Shown one piece after another: positions 1 through 10,302 of a DNA stretch of 64,000 nucleotides. Source of the DNA: Takakia lepidozioides (Eukaryota > Plantae > Bryophyta); NCBI GenBank assembly GCA_030704615.1, contig CM060732.1:29760001-29824000 (forward strand), given 5' to 3'. The position numbers were made by a program, and so were the translations under genes. The notes under the pieces were generated by a model. The model was not told where the DNA came from. It searched no databases and saw only the letters and a list, made by a program, of their open reading frames with translations. The stretch's first letter is position 1; every line of letters begins with the position of its first letter.

Positions 1-29
1 TAATTAAATAATTAAAAAAAAAAAAATGA

Positions 30-326
30 TTGGTTGGAACAGTGTGCGATGACGCACACTATTTGAGCTGCCAGGTAAGTCTGCATTGAACCTCAAATAT
101 GCCCTATGTGGCCAATTTTCACATGAAAAAACAATGACAAGTTGGGCTCAAACATTGTGCGTTGACGCACACTATTTGAGCTGCCACGTAAGTGTGCATT
201 GAAGCTCAAAGAGATGCCTTATGTGGCCGATTTTCCGATTAAAAAATAATGACATGGTGTGCTCAAACAGTGTGCGTTGACGCACACTGCTGGAGCTGCC
301 TTGAGATGCCCTATGTGGCCGATTTT

Positions 327-367
<41 letters not shown>

Positions 368-1735
368 GTGGGTGCCTTCAACAGTGTGCGTTGACGCACA
401 CTGTTTGAGCTGCCACGTAAGTCTGCATTGAACCCTCAATACATGCCCTATGTGTCAATTTTCACATGAAAAAAATAAGACATGTTGGGGTCAAACAGTG
501 TGCGTTGACGCACACTGTTTGAGCTGCCACGTAGTGTGTATTGAGGCTAAAAGAGATGCCCTATGTGGCCGATTTTCATATAAAAAAAACAATGACATGG
601 TGGGCTGGAACAGTGTGCGTTGACGCACACTGTTTGAGCTGCTAGGTAAGTCTGCATTGAACCTCAATACATGCCCCATGTGGCCAATTTCACATGAAAA
701 AAACAATGACAAGTTGGGTTCAAACAGTGTGCGTTGACGCACACTATTTGAGCTGCCACGTAAGTGTGCATTGAAGCTCAAGAGATGCCTTATGTGGCCG
801 ATTTTCAGATTAAAAAAATAATGACATGGTGTGCTCAAACAGTGTGCGTTGACGCACACTGCTGGAGCTGCCTTGAGATGCCCTATGTGGCCGATTCTCA
901 AAAAAAAAAAAAAAAAAACATGGATGCCTGCAGCAGTGTGCGTTGACGCACACTGTTTGAGCTGCCACGTCAGTCTGCATTGAACCTCAAATACATGCTC
1001 TATGTGGCCGATTTTCACATGAAAAAAATAAAGACATGTTGGGGTCAAACAGTGTGCGTTGACGCACACTGTTTGATCTGCACGTAAGTGTGTATTGAGG
1101 CTAAAAGAGATGCCATATGTGGCCGATTTTCATATAAAAAAAACAATGACAAGGTGGGCTGGAACAGTGTGCGTTGACGCACACTGTTTGAGCTGCCAGG
1201 TAGGTCTGCATTGAACCTCAAATACATGCGCTATGTGGCCAATTTTCACATGAAAAAAACAATGACAAGTTGGGCTCAAACAGTGTGCGTTGACGCACAC
1301 TATTTGAGCTGCCACGTAAGTGTGCATTGAAGCTCAAAGAGATGCCCTATGGGGCCGATTTTCAGATTAAAAATATAATGACATGGTGGGCTCAAACAGT
1401 GTGCATTGACGCATGCTGCTGGAGCTACCACGTAAGTGTTTATTGAAGCTCAAAGAGATGCCCTATGTGGCCGATTTTCACATGAAAAAAACAATGACAA
1501 GGTGGGCTCAAATAGTGTGCGTTGACGCACACTGCTGGAGCTGACAGGTAAGTGTGCATTGAACAACAAAGAGATGCCTATGAGGCCGATTTCCAAATGA
1601 AAAAAAGAATGACAAGGTGGGCTCAAACAGTGTGCGTTGACACACACTGCTAGAGCTGCCAGGTAAGTGTGCATTGAAGCTCAAAGAGATACCCTATAAG
1701 GCCGATTCCAAATGAAAAAAACAATGACAAGGTGC
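30..1735. repeat. Tandem array A: 15 units of about 115 bp, each centred on the palindrome AAACAGTGTGCGT-TG-ACGCACACTGTTT; 5-unit higher-order repeat
   Basis: Core CGTTGACG (or a variant) starts at about 47, 160, 275, 389, 503, 618, 732, 847, 941, 1057, 1172, 1288, 1404, 1520 and 1635. Units 1-5 recur as units 6-10 with the same internal deletion and poly-A. Confidence 0.95.
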
Positions 1736-2098
1736 ACAACACAACCTCATTACATTCGGGGTCTTCCTGTTTACTGCTCTCTAGGGTTGTTGTCGTCTTT
1801 CCATAATTGATGGTTTCATGTCATGTTTAGGGTTTGTTTTTCATCCAAATACAACACGGCTTCTTGTGGCTTCTTGTCACCCTAAACAGTTTTTCTGGTT
1901 GGTGACTCTCAGTGTGGTTGTCTGCGAAGTTCGGTGCATGTCATTCCTACATCCTTTGCAGGCATCGCCCACAGTCTTTGGGTTAGTGCTAACCTTATTG
2001 ACCTCAGTTTGTTTGTGGTGGATCCCTTTTCGAGAATTACGGGCTATCAGTTCGGGGATTCCGTTGTGAATCGCAATTTTTGGTCAGTGGAGGAAAAC

Positions 2099-3311
2099 AT
2101 GTCGAGGGAGCAAGATAGACTCGCTCGATTTCATTCCAATGCAGGTAGTCTTCCACTGACTACCACTACAGACGACAATGGGTTTGCAGTTGTTCATGAG
2201 GATGAGCTGGTTACAGTGTTCCCGCTGGAATTGGGTTCTCTGCTTGTTCAAAAAGAGGTGTATGACGAGGATGGGAATTTGGATTCTGGGCACTTGGAGA
2301 AACCATTGGTTGGCGAGTGTGGAAGGAAGTGGAGAGTCCTTCCAGGCACTTCCTGTGTCCTTGGAAAAGAGAGAAGACAATCAGCAGGATCAGTAGTTAC
2401 CCCTGGCACTGTAGCATCAGTCGTGCAGCAGAAGGGCACAGTTCATGTGAAACAAGAGGTGAGCACATCCACTACATTCGTGACTCTTTCAGACTCGTCC
2501 TCGGAGGATGTTTCTGAGATTCCTCCGCCAGTGCAGACTCCCATCTTGGATGATGACGAATTGCAGGAGATAACGAGTGTCATTCCGAAATTGAAAGCCC
2601 TCGCAGGGTGCCTGGGTGCAAGAGCGAGCTGCGTTTTGTTGATTGGGAGTCCCTTCGTGTGCAGTGGGTTCAATACGTGCCAACAAAGTTTGATGGGGAC
2701 ATCTTGTTTGAGCTCAACCCTCCCACGTCTTCCAGTGGACTGGCTAGGCTTCTGCAAGGCATGGACAAGAAACATGACGGACACCCTTGGTGCATGACAA
2801 AAACATCGAACATCCACAACGACATTGGATTGAAATTTCGAAGGTCGGTTTGCGTTGGGCATTGCAAGTGCGTGAATATTTCTTGCCCTCGGCTGAGAAA
2901 CAGCGCTAATCGGCTGATGACGAATCGGGTGCAAATCACAAATGCAAGATGGAATCGGCTAGAATTTTGCAGGCTCGGGTGACTCGTATCACCGAAGTCC
3001 CTGCCCCGGGGTATGGACGGATTTACACAGTGCTGTCTATTGGCTCAATTTTTCATGGCAAAGAATATCAGGTTACCGTGGGGAATTTCCCTAAATGCAC
3101 TTGTCCGGATTTTGTAACGATGCGTGAGGGCGCTCTCGGCATGAGAGGGAAGTGGATCCTCTGCAAGCATCAATATTACATATACCTTGTAATTATGTGT
3201 TGCGACGGTAAGAGAGACCAATTCATTCACCAAGCCACACTAGGCTACGGAGAAGTCATCACCCTTCTGCAGCGGGACACCTCACGTGGGGCTCCGCCAA
3301 ATTCTCTTTGA
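2099..3311 (+). pseudogene. Internally deleted, frameshifted MULE transposase (GCM-like N-terminus joined to C-terminal SWIM; DDE core missing)
   Basis: MDKKHDGHPWCMTKTSNI...CVGHCKCVNISC and YQVTVGNFPKCTCPDF...CKHQYY align with the 14018-17518 protein. The junction is at about 2910-2930. Confidence 0.85.
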
Positions 3312-3729
3312 ACACATACGAGCCATGCCCGCTTCCCATGCTGGTTTCCAGGTTACCGTGTGAAGACTTTGCATTTATGACAAACACATACATTTCGTTC
3401 ACGGAACCAGGGCAAATGCACATGCCATTCATTGTAAGCGTCTATCTGTGAATTCAAATAAAGTGTGTCAATCATTCTGAGCTCAAATCTGCCATATTTT
3501 CATATTCCTCTTTTTGTGCAGGCATTGCAGACACGGTGCATGGTGGCCCCCTTTGTTTTGTCCACGGTAATAGGCCCTCTTCCTGCAATCCTCGCCTATA
3601 GGACCTGCTTCTCCAGCAGATTTGTGCCGCTCACGCTTCCCTGAAGTGTGAGCTCAGCTCACGCTTTGCAGCTTCAACGTGAGCTCAGCTCCCAGGCTCA
3701 CGGGGCTGGGCTCACGCCGTAGCTACGCT

Positions 3730-6700
3730 GCAAAGGGAAAGGATCTTTCTTCGTACAAGCATTCAGCTTCTTATAGTTCACACATACTCTTAGCTTGCCA
3801 TTCTTCTTGGGAACTATTACAATGGGTGACAACCAAGTTGTATACTCTATTGGGTATATAAACTTAGCCTCAGCCAACTTCTTTATCTCTTCTCCAACCT
3901 TCTGTGCGTAGTTGGGATTCATTCTATACCTCGCCTGCTTGATTGGTACTGACCCTGGCTCCAGTTCAATCTTATGCTGACAGACTTCAGGCGGTATCCC
4001 TTTTAGATCCTCATAGCTCCAAGCAAATACATCTCTGTATTTGATGAACAAGCTTTTAGCTTCTTCGAAGAATTCCGGCTCCAAATCAGCTCCTACTTTC
4101 ACCATCCTCGGTTCCTCTTTAGTTCCCACATTTACTTCTCTCACCTGCTCATCAGCTGTGATTGTCCAACCAGTCACCACTTCATCCTGTAAGCTCACAG
4201 TGGCTGGTTCTTCTAGGATTTCTATTTCTCCTTCTCTTTCTTCATAGAAATGTGATGGGTAAATGCTGGTTTCTTCTTCAGTTGGTGTTGCTGTCACTAC
4301 ACCACAGCAGATACCTCTCAAACAACTTAGGCTTTCCAGCCGCATCTCTGCAACCTGCTCCCACTCTGGGTGTGCAACAAATAGGGTAGCTTCCTGCTCC
4401 TCATCCAGTCCTCCTCTCCAGTCATACTCTCTGACTCCTCGAGGTCTTCTTGTAGCAGGTAATCTACTAGATTTCTTTGTGGTAATTTGTATCTTGTGTA
4501 TCCCATTATGCACGGTTAGTAACTGAGAATTCCAGTCATGGAATACCCTGGCCTGTTTCAGCCACGGACGTCCCAATAATAAGGAGTAAGCCTCCATGAC
4601 TTCATCCATTTTTAATACAGTTACTGTGATCATAAAGATCATTTTCTGTATCTGTATCTTAACTCCTCTTATTAATCCCAATGGCTGCACACTTCTTTGA
4701 TCTGCCATTGTTACTGTAAATGGGGCTGGTTTCATGTTACTTAGACCAAGCTTCTTCCTTAATTGGTCTGTCATGATATTTACTCCAGAACCACCATCTA
4801 TCAGTACATCAGTTAGTTCTGTGCTTCCAATTCTCAATTGGATTACTGGCATAGAATCATCAAAGTCCATGACTGGTTCTCGCCCTTCCGGCTTCACATT
4901 ATAACTGGTCACCTTGCTGTTCAGGTCTGTGTTTCCTGTCTCTTGGGCAATTCGATTGATTGCTTGATACAGCCTGTGCCTACAATAAGGTGCCACAGCT
5001 AATAGCTGTCCAATGGTAATTTTTGCTTTGGTTTGACATATTACTGCAGCCAAAGTCTCTTCATTACTTTGCATGTCTGCATCTTCTTTTTTCCTTTCTT
5101 CCTCACTCCCTTCTTTTTCTCCATCCGAATCAGAGGAATCTGCCACAGGAATATCAGTACTCTTTTGCATTTCCCTTATAGTATCTGCCACTTCCTTGTG
5201 CAGTTCCTTCTCATCTTTCCAAGTCTCTTCATCTTCAGGCATATCATTGCCACTTCCAGTCTCATCTTCTTCCTCTTCTACTGGAGGTATTAGTTTGGCT
5301 TTACTTCTTGTTACTATCATTGTACTTACTTCTGGTACAACACATGGCCTAACCATGTGAGCTGCCACCACTGGGCCCTCATTCACAGGAGCTCTCATCT
5401 CATTCTGGTGTCTTATCCAGAATGAACAGGCTGCCTTGCGATGTCCTGGCTGATTACAATAGTAACATAGCTCTTCACCATTGGGTCCTCGCCCTTGGTC
5501 TGTTCTTGGATTATTTCTATAATCCTGATTCCCGGGCTGGTAATTCCCCCTTGGATTACCCTGATAGTTGCCTCTGGAATTTCCTTGGTAATTCCCTCTT
5601 GAATTACCTCTCCCTTCCATGCCATTGTTATAACCACCAGACCTACCATAGTGGTCCTGATCATTGTTTCTTCTTGGCTGGGGCTGCACCTGATGCACCC
5701 TTACTTGCCTAGGTTCTCTTGCAGCTGTCCTTCTGTTGTAGTAACAATTCTCAGTAGAATGGTTATCCATTTTACAGATAGTACAGTGTTTCTCCTTCAT
5801 GTGACATTCTGTGGTGGTATGGCCTTCATTCTGGCACTTTGCACACCATACACCCTTCCTCCAATGTGTTGCAGCCTCTGTGGCATACTTCTTCAAGATT
5901 TCTTCCAATTTTTTTCATAGTTATCCCTCTTCAACTTCTCATTTCTCTTACTCTTTCTTTTTAGTTCTTGCTCTTCTTCTTCATCTGACTCATCCTCAGA
6001 GTCCTCATCTTCTTTTTTCTCTCTCCTGAGCATTCCCAATTGCTCAATTCTGTTTGCAGTTTCAAATGCCTCCTCCACTGTATTATGGGGTAACATATCC
6101 ACTTTCTTTTGCATCTCTGGTCTTAGTCCACTCACAAACCAAGTCTTCTGTAAACCGGGTGCTGGTACTGCAGCCAGCTTTTTCATCATCAATTCCATCT
6201 TCTCCATATACTCTTCAACAGTTTCATGCTTCTTCTGCTTCAGCTGTTGTAAACTTCCATACACTTCATCCTCAGTTTTACTTGTCCTGAACCTATTTCG
6301 AAATGTTGTATTCAAGCCATTCCAGGTTAGGAAATGATTATCTGGAAATCTTGCATACCATTCACTTGCTTTCTTGATAAGTGAACAAGGAAACAGTCTC
6401 ATCTTGGCATCATCGCCATTCTCATTGTTCACTATACACATGTGCTCAAATTGGCTAATGTGTACATCGGGATCCCTTTTCCTGAATATATTGGAAAGGG
6501 TGGTTTTGCCCGTGTTGGTTGTAACGCCATCTGTGGCCCTACCTTTTGCCCACTGACAGGTGCTGGCACCCTTGCTGGTGCTGGTCCTTCTGGACCTGTT
6601 GTTTTTGTGGTGGATCTTCCACTAAGTGGTGGCCCTTGAGCACTCCTTGCTTCTGGCCCCTTGATATTCACAGTATTCCCAGCTTCAGTTGCACTACTTC

Positions 6701-7361
6701 CCACACTCCCTGTCCCCCCAGAGCCAGATCCAGGCAGCCCGCCTGATCCCCCTGAGCCGACACCTTCGTTGGCCTGTGATCCAAGTGCTCCACTTGATCC
6801 AGGTCCAACGGGTTGGGATGTCCTGGTTGTAGTCTCAACCTCAGCTGTTGGGTCTACTTCTTCATATTCTTCCTCTTCTAATTTCTTCTCTCTGTTTTCA
6901 TCCTCCAAGTTCTGCCCTTGGGTTTCTTCTTCACTCATGTAACTCAACTGTAATGGTGTTGGAGAGTCTGAACTCTCCGTTGGCTCTGCCACATCCTCTT
7001 CTCCTTCTTCATCTTCTGCTTCAGAAACTGGAGTTCCTGCTTTTGGTGTTCCATGCCAACTCTTATCAAAGATTTCTGTCAAGTCTTTTATCCAAGGATG
7101 TACCTCAGATCTTTCACCTCGTGATTGATCTTCTTCCTGTACCAATTCCCTTAATCTTTTTTGCAAAGAAACAGAAGGAGTGGCATCCAACTCTAGTTCT
7201 TCCGGTATAGGTGATGCACTCTTTGATCTTGATGGTGTGAGAGGTCCAGATGATTCCCCTATGTCTATTCCTCTCTCCCAAAGATATGGATAATTAGCTT
7301 TCAGATAGCTTTCTCTTTTTGCTGAATATCTCTGTCGTCTAGCTTCTCTTTCATCACTCAT
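3730..7361 (-). pseudogene. gag-pol of copy 1 (two frameshifts, truncated)
   Basis: ORFs 6432-7361, 5893-6441 and 3698-5908 join into gag-PR-RT. The breaks sit at or next to homopolymers and are not shared by all sister copies. Confidence 0.88.
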
Positions 7362-7382
7362 GTCCCATGTCTTTCATTTCTT

Positions 7383-8078
7383 TTAATGTGGCAATAACCA
7401 AAACTCTCTTCTGTAATATCTCTCGTATATGCCTGGGTTTCTTTCAAGCTTCAATGCACCCTTGGCTATACTTGAAGTCTCCGTTACCATATAACCATAT
7501 GGCAAACAAGTCTGAAAAGCTGTTCTTGGTGTGAGTTTGATCCACAAAATATCCTTTGGAATCCAATTCTTTACCAGTACAAGCTCTTCATGCATATGAG
7601 TATAAACATTCACCTTTCTTTCTTCCCAGCCTTCAAACTCTACTCGTTTAATGGATAGCAATGCTATCACATAAACCAATGTTGGTAACCAACGTGCTCT
7701 TCCTCTACAGGCTACCTGAAAAATCTTTATCACTCCTTTCTCCAGACCCCATTCTGGATCAGCATCATGCACTCGTTTAAGAATATTTTCTTTACAACCG
7801 TCTGGCAATTCCAAGAACCTTTGAAAGAATTGTTTGGACAATCTTTCTTCCTTCGTTCCACAGGGAATTTGATTCACTTCAAATTCTTTAATGGTCCAAC
7901 CACCATGATCCCACCAGATGCCTGTCACATCTGGTTGTTCATGTCCCAGGTCCCCAGTATGGTCGCCAAATGTCGCGCGGCTTTTACTCACCCATCCCTT
8001 CGCTATTCGAGGCGGAAACTCCAAGATTGAAGAGTTGGAAATCTCTAAGTACTCAGCCCGCGCAGAACAATCAGTCAT
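7383..8078 (-). CDS. Retrotransposon extra 5' ORF, 231 aa, unknown function
   Basis: Starts in the LTR, reads through the PBS and stops 21 nt before the gag ATG. Homologues at about 34810-35502 and 43550-44235. Confidence 0.6.
   Translation of the reverse strand: MTDCSARAEYLEISNSSILEFPPRIAKGWVSKSRATFGDHTGDLGHEQPDVTGIWWDHGGWTIKEFEVNQIPCGTKEERLSKQFFQRFLELPDGCKENILKRVHDADPEWGLEKGVIKIFQVACRGRARWLPTLVYVIALLSIKRVEFEGWEERKVNVYTHMHEELVLVKNWIPKDILWIKLTPRTAFQTCLPYGYMVTETSSIAKGALKLERNPGIYERYYRREFWLLPH
7951..7968 (-). promoter_or_regulatory. Primer binding site TGGCGACCATACTGGGGA (probably tRNA-Arg)
   Basis: Lies 2 nt after the LTR-terminal CA and recurs at about 35375-35392 and 44119-44136. It resembles the tRNA-Arg PBS of Tat/Ogre elements. 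Confidence 0.75.
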
Positions 8079-8987
8079 GACCTACAGCTAGTGTATCATG
8101 GGGTTGTTTCCTATTTGTATTTCCTATTTGTTTTCCTTTTGGTATTCATGTTAATTATCTTACCATTGATAATTAAGTATCAGTTTGCTTTATCAATCTA
8201 TTGGATTCCACCAACTCATCCATTCATTCCACAGCTTCACTCAGATCTCTCTACACAGTGTGATTGTATCGTAAAAGTATCCGATTATGATTTATCAGGT
8301 ATCAGGCCGAAGCCATTGTGTCTCTAATCTACTCTACAATATCATTACAGCCTTGCATATATCAAGCATCTACTCATCATCTCTCTATCTTCACTTCCGT
8401 TCTTCATCTCTGCCCGATCCCCTCTCCTCTATCACCAAGAAGTCCTCCTCCGAATGCTGTCCCTCAATTCCCCGTTTCTCCCTTTATCTTCCTCTCCGCG
8501 GTTCTAACCGTTTCCCTCGCTAACCGTCGTCTGTGAACTATCATGTTCCCTTCGCAGGTGTTGTTCCCCACAGTCGTTCCCTGTCCTACTCTTCGTTCCC
8601 TATGATCGTGACCGCTGTGTCAAGCTGTGACTGGCTGTGCGACTGTGTTTGGCTGTGTCGGGCTGTGACTGGCTGTGTGAAACTGTGACGGGCTGTGACT
8701 GGCTGTGCGACTATGTTTGGCTGTGTCGGGCTGTGTCGGCTGTGTCGGCTGTGTCTGCTGTGACGACTGTGACGTTGGCTGTGTTGGCTGTGACGACTGT
8801 GACGGGCTGTGTTGGCTGTGTCGGCTGTGACGGGCTGTGTTGGCTGTGTCGGCTGTGACGACTGTGACCCCCCTCTACAGTGCGCTGCTGTCACCCCTAA
8901 GGTTCCTCTTGGTCTCAGTCTGTGCAAAAATTAAGGGTACCCTACAGATCCCGTATAAGTGTCTAAGTCCCCGACAGTCCTCTAACA
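7971..8987 (-). repeat. 5' LTR of copy 1 (about 1.0 kb, TG...CA)
   Basis: Minus strand reads TGTTAGAGG...CGCGACA followed by the PBS; contains a GGCTGTG(A/T)C minisatellite; outer flank AGTCC. Confidence 0.92.
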
Positions 8988-9589
8988 AGTCCTGCCCACT
9001 CTCCATCTCCTTTTCTTTCTCCTTCCCCTTGTCATTTTCCTTCTCTTTGGACTTGTCTTTGTCCTTTGGCTTTGCTGGTGAGATGGCTATGACATCAACA
9101 GCCTTATCTTTTGGTTTGCGGCCCGCCTTCTTTCCCTTCTGCGGCGTTCCCTGAGCATCAGGCTCCTTGGCAGCCAATGTTGCTATGTTTCGTTGGTACT
9201 CTTCGTCAGTCAAAGGCGCCAGCATCTCAGCGTTATTGTTCAAGTATTTCATATGCTGTTCTTGAAAGGTCGTGTGCTCCGGTGGGCAGTCAAGGTACCA
9301 CCCACAGTCTCTGAAGTGAGAAGGACTCTAGTCCTTCAATATCCCTGCAGTATACATGGTTGGATCGTTTGCAGGGTCCGACCACATGTCAAGATAGTCT
9401 GGGATTCCGCTGAGGTGATTTCCTTCCATAAGCACATATTTCGTGTACCTGAAAAAATGAGATAAATCCCAACCCACAAAAGCACTCAGTGAGTAAGATG
9501 CAAGTAGAACAGAATGAAAAAAACATAGATTGAAATGGCTCTGAGAACTGCTCCAAGGACCTTTCACGACCACACGACTGCTCCAGATG

Positions 9590-10302
9590 TTAATGTCGTC
9601 AACGCCATTCAAAACATTCCATTCAATGATACTGTAAATACACCCTAATCCAGGTGAATGCAAACTATCGTTTTGGAATGACACAGACATAGAAGTGAAT
9701 GTCGTCAACGACATTCACTAATCAAGCCTAATTATTCCTCAAATGAAGCAAAATCACAAGATGGAAATCATAAACTCGAGTAAGGAACCCTCCCGGAAAA
9801 CTCAATGCACATTCATAACGAACATATCACTGAGGACCTCACAACAACACTGTATGTGAATGGCGTCAACGCCATTCACAAAAATACCAAAAAGAAACCA
9901 ATATTTTAGCTCCCAATCTAAATTCAAATTGTCGTTGTTGAATAATACAGACACAGAAGTGAATGTCGTCAACGACATTCACTTTGGATTTCTCATAACA
10001 GAGCTTATCAAGCCTCCAGATTCCTCGCAAGAGGCAAAAACAATGCAGAACAACTGAATGTCTGCATTGACATTCAGCAAAATGAAGTGAGGAACCCTAA
10101 CCTCTATGGACATTACAAAAATTTACATAACTCTGAGGACCTCTCAACAACTCCGGATGTGAATGTCGTCAACGCCATTCAAGGACATTATCAATTCTAA
10201 TCAGGGACACTATAATTACAACCTTAGATCCTAACCAGGTGAATTCATATACTCGCTTAAGAATGACTCAGACAAAGAAGTGAATGTCGTCAACGACATT
10301 CA
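9590..10302. repeat. Array C: 7 copies of the palindrome GTGAATG(T/G)CGT-CA-ACG(A/C)CATTCAC within a probable intron of the ParB-like gene
   Basis: Copies at about 9592, 9695, 9856, 9959, 10055 (variant), 10159 and 10280, with more diverged sequence between them. Confidence 0.85.

Larger units (their letters stand above)
3730..8987 (-). mobile_element. Ty3/gypsy LTR retrotransposon copy 1 (5' LTR, PBS, extra ORF, gag, PR, start of RT; broken off in RT)
   Basis: Three CCHC knuckles, protease VLIDGGSGVNI and RT WLSPIVIVPKKNGKLRVCVNY; homology ends at KDPFPL (about 3730). Confidence 0.93.

Noticed and set aside
328-366. Poly-A tails of retroposed inserts (also 900-918)
   Set aside because: They are expansions of the A-tract present in every array-A unit, with no TSD or body.
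172-1674. Short ORFs over array A, and likewise 20427-22364, 54603-55383 and 63284-63984
   Set aside because: They are translations of tandem repeats in several frames and on both strands, with no protein features.
5893-6490. Programmed ribosomal frameshifts in gag
   Set aside because: The breaks differ between copies, and copy 4 reads through both positions. They are mutations or sequencing errors.
7951-7968. tRNA gene
   Set aside because: Only an 18-nt match to a tRNA 3' end (the PBS); no cloverleaf.
8586-8927. His/Ser/Thr/Gln-rich ORFs in LTRs (also 36490-36843 and 28412-28834)
   Set aside because: Products of the CACAGCC minisatellite.
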